A stretch of DNA of 52,102 nucleotides. Origin: Gemmatimonadota bacterium. Lineage in GTDB: Bacteria > Gemmatimonadota > Gemmatimonadetes > Gemmatimonadales > GWC2-71-9. The notes beneath the pieces are model-generated. The model searched no databases. It had not been told where the DNA came from and was given only the letters and a program-made list of their open reading frames with translations. The stretch covers positions 1 to 52,102 of the forward strand of contig JBDGXD010000001.1 of the NCBI GenBank assembly GCA_039584755.1. Direction: 5' to 3'. Positions 8,323 to 17,343 of the stretch are shown here, one piece after another (position 1 is the stretch's first letter; the number at the start of each line of letters is the position of its first letter). The translations under genes were made by a program, and so were the position numbers.

Positions 8323-8353
8323 AGCAAGAGGTAGTAACGTGACGGAAATCAGG

Positions 8354-9247
8354 ATGACACCAGCAAGAGGTATCGCGGGAGCCGCGGTGTTGCTGTTGGG
8401 CTCCTTTGTGGGGGCGGGGATCAGCCAAACCGTGGCAGATTTCGGTGAAGGCTACGGTACCTACGTGCTCGTTCCGGCGGGGGAGTTTCTCATGGGCGAC
8501 AACCACGCCGAGGGGGACCCCGACGAAGTGCCGGTGCACCACGTCTATCTCGACGACTATTACATCGCGAAGTACAAGGTCACCAACTACGAGTACGCTC
8601 GGTTCCTGGCCACCGGAGGTTATGGCGATTCGCTGTATTGGGAGGCAGGTGGCTTCGGCGACTATGGTACTGCACCGCGCTACTGGTGGACGGACAAGTA
8701 CCACGGCGGCGGCGCTGCCGGCAACGAAACGTTCCCCGTGGTCGGCGTGAGTTGGCACGAGGCGGCAGCGTATTGCAGCTGGGTCTCGTACGAGACCGGC
8801 GAGCGTTACCGGTTACCCACCGAAGCAGAGTGGGAGAAGGCGGCACGCGGCACAGACCAACGCCGCTTTCCCTGGGGCGAGTCAGTTGACGGGAGTTATG
8901 CCAACTACGAGTATAGCGGCGACCCCTACGAGCCCGGTATCACGCCGGTCGGTTTCTACGACGGCTCAGTGCGAGAGAATTTCCCAACGAACGCCAACGT
9001 GTCACCCTATCGAGTTGCGGAACTGGCCGGTAACGTGTGGGAGTGGTGCCAGGACTGGTACGGCGGTGACTACTATGCGGTCTCACCAGAGCGAGATCCC
9101 AAGGGGCCGGATAGAGGCAGCAGCCGCGTGCTGCGCGCCGGTGGTTGGGTCGACAGTCATTATTATCACAGGGCTGCCAACCGCAACAGCAGCTTCCCCG
9201 AGAACCGCAATCCGATCCAAGGGTTCCGTTGTGTGCGCGAGCGGTGA
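8354..9247 (+). CDS. Formylglycine-generating-enzyme (SUMF1/EgtB/PvdO) family protein, paralog 2
   Basis: Same motif set, roughly 60% identical by eye to paralog 1. The start at ATG 8354 (or GTG 8339) gives a signal peptide. The upstream part of the track ORF (8024-8353) is an out-of-frame read through paralog 1. Confidence 0.85.
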   Translation: MTPARGIAGAAVLLLGSFVGAGISQTVADFGEGYGTYVLVPAGEFLMGDNHAEGDPDEVPVHHVYLDDYYIAKYKVTNYEYARFLATGGYGDSLYWEAGGFGDYGTAPRYWWTDKYHGGGAAGNETFPVVGVSWHEAAAYCSWVSYETGERYRLPTEAEWEKAARGTDQRRFPWGESVDGSYANYEYSGDPYEPGITPVGFYDGSVRENFPTNANVSPYRVAELAGNVWEWCQDWYGGDYYAVSPERDPKGPDRGSSRVLRAGGWVDSHYYHRAANRNSSFPENRNPIQGFRCVRER

Positions 9248-9511
9248 AGCCGTGAAGAGTTAGGATGTCACGCGCGAAGTGCCGACAACGGCTACCTGAC
9301 AACCGGATCACTGAGCCAGTAACCGCGCAAGACGGGGCAAGCGGGACGCGACTCACCCTGGAAGGACGAACGCGCGAGTCTTCTGAGATACATCTAGACG
9401 GCGCCGAGCTTGCGCTAGCAGTCCATTTGCCAGTATGTTGTTATCCCTCGATTCGGTGACACGTGTTAGGTGTCGCCGAATTTTGTTTGTGACACTCCGG
9501 ACCTACGTGGC

Positions 9512-9988
9512 ATGATCGAAGAAACGCGCAACAAGCTCCTAGCAGAGGTCGAGGCACTCAATCACGAGTTGCACGTCGTTTTGCCGGAAACCCTGAAGAA
9601 GGCAATCGAACTCGGCGACTTGCGCGAGAACTCCGACTACCAGGCCGCAATCGAACGGCAGGGAATCATTGGCGCACGGCTCGAACAGTTACGGTCTCGC
9701 CTGCACAAGCTATCGGAGATCGATCTCTCCAAGGTCCCGGCTGATCGGGTCGGTCTCGGATCCAGGGTGACTGTGTTGGACATGGACACAAAGGAAGAGG
9801 AAGTCTACGAGGTGGTGATCCCGGACGCCGTCGACGTGGAAGAGGGCCACATCTCGGTTTCCTCACCACTGGGGCAGGCGTTGTTGGAGAAGAAAGTCAA
9901 GAATGTGGCCAAGGTACAACTGCCGTTCGGCAGTCGCCGGCTCAAGATCGTAAAGCTCTCGACGCTGCACGATAAGGCAAAAAAGTAG
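9512..9988 (+). CDS. greA: Transcription elongation factor GreA
   Basis: GDLRENSDYQAAIERQ coiled-coil tip motif, a C-terminal GreA/GreB domain (GSRVTV...VSSPLGQALL) and a length near 158 aa. An alternative GTG start lies at 9470. Confidence 0.9.
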   Translation: MIEETRNKLLAEVEALNHELHVVLPETLKKAIELGDLRENSDYQAAIERQGIIGARLEQLRSRLHKLSEIDLSKVPADRVGLGSRVTVLDMDTKEEEVYEVVIPDAVDVEEGHISVSSPLGQALLEKKVKNVAKVQLPFGSRRLKIVKLSTLHDKAKK

Positions 9989-10245
9989 ACCGGAAATCGA
10001 TGACGGCCAAACGTCGCCTCGAGAAGACTCCACTAACACAAGCGTTACTAGCGTAGCCACTCGCTAGATCCAACCCCACCATCACCCCGTGTGATGTCGG
10101 CCATCCCTGGGTGACAAAGCCACAACGCCACGCTGGCGCAATTCGTGCATGGTTTGAAAGGCCTCTGAAGTCGACTGGATAGAGCTGTTGCTGACAGTGT
10201 TTTCAGCCCGCTGCATTTCGAATCCGAGCACGAGGACAGTGTGCC

Positions 10246-11418
10246 ATGATACAGCGCGCCGACGAGACTCAGAAACCACCGGTCATGATCTTGGGAGGAG
10301 AGCACGCTTCGGCTTTGGGTGTGGTGCGAAGCTTCGGCCGTAGAGGAATTCCCGTCTTTGTCGGTGGGCGGTCCGTGCGGCCGGTAGCAGGGTTCTCACG
10401 CTTCGCAACTCGTCAGTTTCGCTATTCGGATGCGGACGATGAAGCCCATGGGCAAATAATCGATAAGCTGCGCGAGTGGCGTCCCCAGGTGCTTTTGCCT
10501 ATCATGGATCACGCGTGGTCGATGGTTTACATCCACTGTGACGACTATGCAGCACACACCACGGTTATTCCACGTCCTGATCCCGATCTGCGTGCGGTAC
10601 TGGGGGACAAGGCCAGGTTGGTGCGAGCCGCGGTAGCGAACGACGTTCCCGTTCCAAGAACGTATCTGCCGCAATCGATGGATCAAGCGTTGGAACTGGA
10701 ACCCGACCTGCCGTATCCAGTGTTGTTGAAGCCAGCCACAGGCACCGCCGGCAGCGGTATCCGGCTCGTGCAACAGCCTGGCGACCTGGCAGACGCAATG
10801 CAAGCATCTGAAGGTGTTCCATTGATCCAGGAGTTCGTTAAGGGAGAGGATCTCGAGCTGACCATACTGGCGGATCACGGTGAACCAGTCGCTGGCTCGG
10901 CCTACGTAACTCTCCGCAACCGCCCTCCATACGGGCCGCCGGTCGCGTGCCGCACGATTCGTGACGAGCATCTGATGAACATCGGTACGAGGTTCCTGCG
11001 GGACCTGAAGTATCATGGCGTGGCTCATCTGGACTTCCGCCGGGACGAGCGGGACGATCTGCCGAAGCTGCTGGACTTCAATGTCCGTTTGGCGGGAAGC
11101 AATGAGATCTCCACGAGGACTGGTGTGGACTTCGCTCTCATGCTCTACCAGATGGCTCTAGGACGACGCGTGGAACCGTGTTTCGAGTATGAGGTCGACA
11201 CCGAGTTCCGTTGGCCGATGTATGGTGAGCTGCGTCATCTGGCTCGCAGTGTCAACAAGAGGGCAGTGCTTCGCGAACTGGTGCATTGGCGTGGTGTAGA
11301 AACGGATGTTGTATTGAATGATCCAATGCCCCACTTCATCGATACGCTCAACGTGTTCGCAGACGTGAGCAAAGCAGTGGCCGATCGAGTCATGTCACGC
11401 GATGGGGAGAACGTGTGA
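10246..11418 (+). CDS. ATP-grasp family ligase (COG3919-like), substrate unknown
   Basis: N-terminal PVMILGGEHASALGVVRSFGRRGIPV pre-ATP-grasp region and an ATP-grasp core (YPVLLKPATGTAGSGIRLV, LIQEFVKGEDLE, HLDFRRDE...KLLDFNVRL). Confidence 0.8.
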   Translation: MIQRADETQKPPVMILGGEHASALGVVRSFGRRGIPVFVGGRSVRPVAGFSRFATRQFRYSDADDEAHGQIIDKLREWRPQVLLPIMDHAWSMVYIHCDDYAAHTTVIPRPDPDLRAVLGDKARLVRAAVANDVPVPRTYLPQSMDQALELEPDLPYPVLLKPATGTAGSGIRLVQQPGDLADAMQASEGVPLIQEFVKGEDLELTILADHGEPVAGSAYVTLRNRPPYGPPVACRTIRDEHLMNIGTRFLRDLKYHGVAHLDFRRDERDDLPKLLDFNVRLAGSNEISTRTGVDFALMLYQMALGRRVEPCFEYEVDTEFRWPMYGELRHLARSVNKRAVLRELVHWRGVETDVVLNDPMPHFIDTLNVFADVSKAVADRVMSRDGENV

Positions 11419-12563
11419 TGTATCTGAAGGATTTGGCGGTGCTTCTCCTTGCAGTCGCCAACTCAGCCTGCGTTGCCAACGACGGCGATGGTGTGCCGAC
11501 GGATACGAATCCACCTGCACCTCCTGCCTCCTTGAGCGCCTACTTTGCCTCACCTGAAACCATCTGTTCCAACCCGGCGGTGATCTTGTGTGAGGATTTC
11601 GAGACTGATGATCAGTCTAGCTGGAGTGACTACCGGAACGATGGCTTCGCCGTGTCGAGCAACGCAGCTGTCAACGGCACACGATCCATGGAGCAGGAGT
11701 ACAGCCTGGGACAGGTGTCGGCGGGATGGTTGGGCTGGTTCTTCGGGGACCATCCCCACGGTGGGGCACGGGCCGGGGAGAGTTTCGAGCAGATCTACTT
11801 TCGCTGGTACCACAAGTTCCAAGATGGATGGCCGGCGCTGTACCCACCAAAAATGGCACGAGTACGCAGTCACTACGTCGACTGCGCCTGGTGCTTCGCC
11901 TGGGTTGAGCATTTCTGGGTGCGTCAGGTGGGAACGGGTCACTCAGACCCGGTGAGCCTCATTGCCGCACCTGATGGCACGACCTACTCTGATTCCGAGC
12001 GTTGGCTCGGGTCGGTCAGCATGGACTTGGAATTTGCCGACCACGAAGGTGAGTGGGTGGCGTTGGAGATGCGGGTACAGCTCAACACGCCGGGTCAGAG
12101 CGACGGTCGACTGACCTATTGGGCCGATGGCCGATTGGTGCTCGACCGTCAGAATCTGAATCTGCGGGGTGCCTATGGTGCAACGACGATCAATGTGGCG
12201 ATGATCGACACCTATTGGAACGACGGATCCCCTGCTGCGGGCCTGCGCCGCTGGTACGACAACGTGGTCGTGTCGACGGAGCCAGTAGGTTGTGCCGCGC
12301 CCACTATTGAAAAATCGGCGCTTTCGGGGCAGGTGGCGTGGGAGATTGAAGTTGCGGTTGATGTACCGGCTCGCACGCCGGTATGGAGTTCCGGGAGGAT
12401 TGCGGGGACGGACAATGAGATCACCCTATCGGACGAGACGGGCACGTTTGCTTCCGGGCACTCCTGTATAACACCCGGTGATGCGCTGGTGGTTCGTGCG
12501 CGCCACCAGAACGCGGGTGGCTGGTCTGAATGGACCGAGTGGTTGCTGCTGTGGCAACCATAA
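11415..12563 (+). CDS. Secreted hypothetical protein, possibly a concanavalin-A-like/polysaccharide-lyase-like domain plus a C-terminal FN3-like domain
   Basis: Signal peptide with lipobox-like LAVANSAC. The central region ends in RLTYWADGRLV...IDTYWNDGSP...RWYDNVVVS, reminiscent of lectin/lyase jelly-roll folds. The C-terminus ends in GGWSEWTEW (FN3-like WSxWS). The start (GTG 11415 or ATG 11418) overlaps the ATP-grasp stop at 11416-11418. Confidence 0.7.
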   Translation: MMYLKDLAVLLLAVANSACVANDGDGVPTDTNPPAPPASLSAYFASPETICSNPAVILCEDFETDDQSSWSDYRNDGFAVSSNAAVNGTRSMEQEYSLGQVSAGWLGWFFGDHPHGGARAGESFEQIYFRWYHKFQDGWPALYPPKMARVRSHYVDCAWCFAWVEHFWVRQVGTGHSDPVSLIAAPDGTTYSDSERWLGSVSMDLEFADHEGEWVALEMRVQLNTPGQSDGRLTYWADGRLVLDRQNLNLRGAYGATTINVAMIDTYWNDGSPAAGLRRWYDNVVVSTEPVGCAAPTIEKSALSGQVAWEIEVAVDVPARTPVWSSGRIAGTDNEITLSDETGTFASGHSCITPGDALVVRARHQNAGGWSEWTEWLLLWQP

Positions 12564-12596
12564 TCCACATTCGCAGGCTCTCCGGGTGATGCACGA

Positions 12597-12627
12597 AAGC
12601 CCCGACTCCACCAGGCAGTCGGGGCTT
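12597..12627. terminator. Hairpin between convergent genes (likely terminator)
   Basis: AAGCCCCGACT-(9 nt loop)-AGTCGGGGCTT forms a perfect 11-bp stem. On the minus-strand RNA it is followed by UUUCG. It lies between the stops at 12563 and 12657. Confidence 0.55.
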
Positions 12628-12656
12628 GGTCGTACCGCCACGTTCAATCTGGTCTG

Positions 12657-14318
12657 TTACAGCTTGACCAACTCGACTCTGCGATTGTTGGCCTTGCCTT
12701 CCGCCGTGTCATTGTTGTCTATCGGCTGTGATTCGCCCCAACCCTTTGCCTCGATCCGGTCGGCCGAGATGCCGTACGTAGCGACGAGGTAGTCCTTCAC
12801 GGAGTTGGCTCGGTTCTGTGACAGCGTTTGATTGTGATCGTCCGACCCGTCGCTATCGGTGTGTCCCTCGATTGACAGACGCAGATCGGGGTCATCCTGC
12901 AACAGCTGACCGATATCCTTCAGGGCCTTGAACGATTCGCCTTTGATATTGTAGGAGTCTGAGTCAAAGAGGATGCCGTACGTCACGATTTTGCCGTCCT
13001 CGTCCAGCTGTTCGCGCATGCTCTTGCCGCCCTCGGCAAAACGGAATCCTCTGAACAAAGTGGGATTCTCGAGGTCGTTGTATGGACGGTGCCGCAGGCG
13101 GAACCCAACCGGATTGAAGTTCTCGATCTTCGGTACGTTGGCCACTCGCTCTTCGTCCACATAGCACTTGATCGAGCGCTCGGTAGCCATGATGCGCAGT
13201 GTGTGGATACCCTTTGTCAGTGCCTTTGCCAGATTCTTGTCTGCCAACGACTTTCCCTCGATCTCGAGCCAGCTACTGTTACTGCTGTAGACACCGAAAC
13301 TGCCGATATTAGCACCCTGATCGCTCACCCAATGGATGTAGAAGTAGTTGCCCGTGTAGTCGGGACCATTGTTGTAGAACTCCAACTCAACCGTATACTT
13401 TGGTGGCAGTTGGGTGTCAGGCGTCTTGGGACGGATGGAACCGTCATCTGTCGCCATGATCCAAAAATCACCGCCGAGGCGTACGACTTCGTAAACACCG
13501 GTATCCAGGTTCCAACGGTAGGGAAACTCGCCCTCTTCTTCGTCCTTCATGTCATCATAGAAGATGACCCTGTTACCAGGAACGAAATCGTACCTCGTGT
13601 AGAGGGTCATGTCTTCGGCCACTGCGGGCGCGGCTCCCTCAGCCGCGGCTTCGCCCCCTGCGACTGCAGCCGCACCAGCCAGCTGCTCTTCGCCGGTGTA
13701 GCGGTAATACTCGTCCGGCACCTCGTCGGTGATCATGTCCACTGTCTGTGCCAGAGCCAAGCGGATCGCGTCTTCCATCGGCTCACCCTCATATGTTCCC
13801 AATGCGCCCTCCAGCACCACGCCCTCGACCCAGCTGCCACCCGACACGTCTGGTTCCCAGTTGGCCGACTTGGTCTTGATCGACTTAGCCTTCAACACGC
13901 GCCCGGTGCTCCCGTCGATCAGCTTGACGTCGAGCTTGATCTCGGCGGTCTTCTCTTCGACACCGACCTCTCCCAGTGCCCGTTTCTTGAGACCACCCAA
14001 GCCTCCGCCACCCCCGGCTTCCGGCTTGAATTCCGTAACCGTACTGCTAACCAGCACGCCAGTGCTTCCCACCGCATCAGGATCTGACAACACTACGAAC
14101 TTGTGAGTGTTGACCAGCGAGGTGGCCAGCATGTCACCAATGGCAGAGGCCATGGCGGACGTGCAGTCACCGGCTTTCGATGTGATCTCGGATACGGCGA
14201 TGCGAGCCTTGTCACCTTGAGTACCTTCTGCCTCTTGGTCACTGCCAGAGGTAGCTGCACCCAGCAGAAAAACAGCAGCCGCAACGAGACCGGCGAGGTA
14301 GCTCGAGCCTCTGTACAT
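12657..14318 (-). CDS. OmpA-domain envelope protein with a CsgG/LpoB-like N-terminal region and a central jelly-roll-like region
   Basis: C-terminal OmpA-like peptidoglycan-binding domain (IEGHTDSDGSDDHNQTLSQNRANSVKDYL...NRRVELVKL). ATG 14318 follows AAGGAGGAAG and gives a signal peptide. The track ORF extends to 14360. Confidence 0.85.
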   Translation of the reverse strand: MYRGSSYLAGLVAAAVFLLGAATSGSDQEAEGTQGDKARIAVSEITSKAGDCTSAMASAIGDMLATSLVNTHKFVVLSDPDAVGSTGVLVSSTVTEFKPEAGGGGGLGGLKKRALGEVGVEEKTAEIKLDVKLIDGSTGRVLKAKSIKTKSANWEPDVSGGSWVEGVVLEGALGTYEGEPMEDAIRLALAQTVDMITDEVPDEYYRYTGEEQLAGAAAVAGGEAAAEGAAPAVAEDMTLYTRYDFVPGNRVIFYDDMKDEEEGEFPYRWNLDTGVYEVVRLGGDFWIMATDDGSIRPKTPDTQLPPKYTVELEFYNNGPDYTGNYFYIHWVSDQGANIGSFGVYSSNSSWLEIEGKSLADKNLAKALTKGIHTLRIMATERSIKCYVDEERVANVPKIENFNPVGFRLRHRPYNDLENPTLFRGFRFAEGGKSMREQLDEDGKIVTYGILFDSDSYNIKGESFKALKDIGQLLQDDPDLRLSIEGHTDSDGSDDHNQTLSQNRANSVKDYLVATYGISADRIEAKGWGESQPIDNNDTAEGKANNRRVELVKL

Positions 14319-14700
14319 GAGTGCTTCCTCCTTTGTAGGCCGTGGACGGTTGTCATGCACCGCTGGCTCGTTCCACCGTGCGTTGCAGCAAACCTGTCAG
14401 TACACGGTCTGAATCGCGCGCGACCGTGTGTGGCGGCTCGAGCCGAATTGGGTTTGTGGCAGGCACTCTGAGGGGCGACTCAGCTAAGCTTAAGCGCAGC
14501 CCCTCGCCCCGCAAGAGTCGCGGACCCGCAACACTCGACTCGGCCGGATAGATCGAGATCCACGCCCGACATCCGCGTTCAACCGCCCGTCTTCCGCGCA
14601 GCTCGGCGGCCGGCCCGTTGGACAGCCTTGGTACCTGATCGCATCTTCTATATCGCTAGCGCTGAAGCTCATTGCGACCGCAATACCGCGAGAGGGAACG

Positions 14701-15273
14701 TTGGCAGAGCGATTGACCTGGCGGAATGGTTACTCTGACGCGTTGTTGGGCCGTCCGAGACACCCCGAGTATCGGGTTGTCGGGGGCACGCGCGAGCCCA
14801 GGGTCGGCTTCCAGGAGTATCAAGCCGGGTATTCGCAAGGGGTCCTGGCAAGAGCCAAGGCCGCGGGTGACGCGGCCATGCCGGGCCGGGAACGCGGATC
14901 CACCACGGCACCGAACTGGCCGGTCATTGCCTACGTCGTTGGCTTGACGCTCGTGGTCGTGTTCCGTCTCAAATGGTTCCTGTGGTATCTGTGGGTCGGT
15001 GCATTGGTGTTTCTTCTAGTTCTGGCGATGGATTCGAACAAGGGTCCAGGCGCCGGGTTCCCCAAGACACTTCTATTGGCCGTCCTCTTGACACCTGCGG
15101 TGGGTGCCTTTCTCGCCTTGCAGTTTGCTGCAGCGGTACCGTTCACGGTTGCCTTGATCGGCGCGCTTGCTGTTTTGACAGTTGTGTCGCTACTCCAAAT
15201 CCTCTACGGAGTGTTCAACTTCTTGTTGCGATGGGTTGGGATAACGCAAGCCAAGGCTAGCGGGCGGCGTTAG
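14701..15273 (+). CDS. Integral membrane protein, hypothetical
   Basis: TTG start. A soluble N-terminal 70 aa or so is followed by 4 predicted TM helices (WPVIAYVVGLTLVVVF, LWVGALVFLLVLA, LLLAVLLTPAVGAFLAL, LIGALAVLTVVSLL). Confidence 0.55.
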   Translation: MAERLTWRNGYSDALLGRPRHPEYRVVGGTREPRVGFQEYQAGYSQGVLARAKAAGDAAMPGRERGSTTAPNWPVIAYVVGLTLVVVFRLKWFLWYLWVGALVFLLVLAMDSNKGPGAGFPKTLLLAVLLTPAVGAFLALQFAAAVPFTVALIGALAVLTVVSLLQILYGVFNFLLRWVGITQAKASGRR

Positions 15274-15506
15274 GGTGGCATGGTGGTTGCACTTCTCTGT
15301 GCCACCGGGTTCAGGTGATGGGTTGAGGCGCAACCGTCACCGATAGCAACGTGAGCCTCGTGTTGTGGGGGCAACATACCTCCCGTTATGAACCCGCGTT
15401 GAGGGGGCCTTCGGGCCTCCTCTTGCATAAATGCGGGCGAGAAACCGCGCCATGACGTAACTGGAATTCCGCTTATGGACAGTCGGTTCACCCAAACGGT
15501 CACACC

Positions 15507-16004
15507 ATGGACTCTGCGACAGCGTTGAGCCTGGAAGAGGCAGATCTGAGGCGGCGGTACAACACCGCTCGCAAGGCGGGTAGTGTTGCCCGCGCCGATG
15601 CGCTCTGGACACAGGTGATGGCAGCACGCCGCAGAGCAGCTGAGAACACGTACGGATCGCTCTTTGTCACGGTGCGTTATCGACACTCACCTGAGCGGAA
15701 GGCAGTGTATCTCGCCGGGGACTTGCGCAACATGAAATGGATCCGGAACGCCCGTCGCAAGCACGCAGCTCCTCGCCTAGGGGTCGAGGCCGACTGCAAC
15801 TTGATGTGCCAAGGTGATCTGCCCCCGTGTGGAGTGGCCGGTCCGTGTCCCCATCCTCGCGAGTTCTATGTGACGCAAGATGACAACGATACCTGGGTGT
15901 ACAGGAGACTGGCCGAGATGGCTGGCCCGCGGCCGGGTTTGTCGGATAGCGGTAGCTGGCGGCTGGGGGACATCCTGCGCGATCGTGGTGCCACCAACTG
16001 GTAG
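15507..16004 (+). CDS. Hypothetical protein
   Basis: 165-aa ORF with protein-like composition and no recognisable family. Confidence 0.4.
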   Translation: MDSATALSLEEADLRRRYNTARKAGSVARADALWTQVMAARRRAAENTYGSLFVTVRYRHSPERKAVYLAGDLRNMKWIRNARRKHAAPRLGVEADCNLMCQGDLPPCGVAGPCPHPREFYVTQDDNDTWVYRRLAEMAGPRPGLSDSGSWRLGDILRDRGATNW

Positions 16005-16024
16005 TTGGTGTGTGCGGCGGGAAA

Positions 16025-17284
16025 TCATCGTTCGAGATAACTGCACATCGTCTTCACGGCTCTAGCTACGCCATCTTCTGCCCGAATCTTTTTCCCCAGT
16101 GATTCAGCCCTGCGGTCCATGCTCTCGTTGCCGACTGTTTCTGCAATTACATCTGCCAGGTGTTGCGGGGTCAATCCCCTTTGTGAGATCGGTTTTGGTC
16201 CCACCCCGAGGCCGTGAACGCGCCGGCCCCAGAACGGCTGGTCGCTGAAGAATGGTGTGACAATCGTGGGCACACCCGCTCTCAAACCAGCCGCGGTGGT
16301 GCCTGCTCCGCCATGATGCACGACCGCCGCCATCTGGGGGAAGAGCCAATCATGTGGTACTGACTCGATAGGATAGATGCAATCGGGAAACTCACGATCG
16401 TGCACGCCGGCCCAGCCACCCACTAGAACCGCACGCTGACCCGCGAGCGTGGCGGCCTCACTGGCAAGGTGCGAAAGTCTCCGTGCTGAATCTCCGGTCA
16501 TGCTTCCAAAGCCTATGTAGATCGGTCTTGTGCCGCTGGCGATGAACTCCACGAGATCGTGCGGCGGAGTCCAGTCATCGCTGCCGTTCAGAAACCAGTA
16601 TCCGGTTACATGATGCGAGGTGGGCCAATCCGAAGCCCGTGGTACGACGTGTTCACTGAAGCCGTAGATGAAGGGCTCGCCCTTCTCGTACATAGTCCCG
16701 AACCTGCCGCCGAATGATATCGCGTCCAGCTCGAGGGACTCACGCCGCCATCGGTTTATTGGCTTTCGCGCCAACTGCCACAACAGTTGCTCTCCGAGAA
16801 TATGTGTCCACAGGTTGTAGCGGCCACCCAAGGGTAAGCCGGGCATGAGAAAGCCCGGGAACTGGCGTGTCCGCGAGAACGGTTGCAACAGAGCGAAGAT
16901 CCGAGGCACGCGCAGCTTCTCCGCTAGGTGATAGCCTGCAGTTCCCAGAATCGTGTAGATGATGGCCTCTGTGCCGTTGCAGGCCTCTACCGAGTTGGCC
17001 AAGGATCTCTCCATGGTCTGCTCGGCCAAGCGCTTGAGGCCGCGATAGAATGCCAAGGGACTCTTGCCTGACGTCATCCAAGCCTGTCCGGCGGCCCCCT
17101 GCATCAACTCGCGGGGATTGCCTTCGATCGGCGCGAACTCCAGGCCATGCTTTCGGATGAGAGCGGAATGGACTCGGTATGTGGCAATCCGGACCCGGTG
17201 GCCTCGTCCTTCAAGTCCCACACCCAACGCGACGAAGGGTTGGACATCGCCCCGAGATCCTATGGCTACAATCGTGATATGCAC
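16025..17284 (-). CDS. Family 1 glycosyltransferase (UDP-glycosyltransferase, MGT/sterol glucosyltransferase-like)
   Basis: N-terminal IVAIGSRGDVQPFVALG and a C-terminal UDPGT signature (VVHHGGAGTTAAGLRAGVPTIVTPFFSDQPFWG). Confidence 0.88.
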   Translation of the reverse strand: MHITIVAIGSRGDVQPFVALGVGLEGRGHRVRIATYRVHSALIRKHGLEFAPIEGNPRELMQGAAGQAWMTSGKSPLAFYRGLKRLAEQTMERSLANSVEACNGTEAIIYTILGTAGYHLAEKLRVPRIFALLQPFSRTRQFPGFLMPGLPLGGRYNLWTHILGEQLLWQLARKPINRWRRESLELDAISFGGRFGTMYEKGEPFIYGFSEHVVPRASDWPTSHHVTGYWFLNGSDDWTPPHDLVEFIASGTRPIYIGFGSMTGDSARRLSHLASEAATLAGQRAVLVGGWAGVHDREFPDCIYPIESVPHDWLFPQMAAVVHHGGAGTTAAGLRAGVPTIVTPFFSDQPFWGRRVHGLGVGPKPISQRGLTPQHLADVIAETVGNESMDRRAESLGKKIRAEDGVARAVKTMCSYLER

Positions 17285-17343
17285 TGTTTCTCGTTATCGG
17301 AACCGTGAGTCTTACGAGGGGCGGTGCCGAGCCGAGCGAGGAA

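Noticed and set aside
8024-8353. N-terminal 110 aa of the 407-aa ORF 8024-9247
   Set aside because: This part lies inside the first FGE-like gene in another frame. The real start is at 8339 or 8354, where a signal peptide begins just after the paralog 1 stop.
10000-10056. 18-codon ORF (MTAKRRLEKTPLTQALLA) upstream of the ATP-grasp gene, considered as a graspetide/RiPP precursor
   Set aside because: It has no ribosome-binding site and no Thr/Ser-Asp/Glu core pattern typical of graspetides. The ATP-grasp also looks like the COG3919 type rather than a microviridin-type ligase.
13089-14087. 332-aa plus-strand ORF
   Set aside because: It is antisense to the OmpA-domain gene, which has clear family motifs. 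Its composition (rich in R, L, H and C) is not protein-like.
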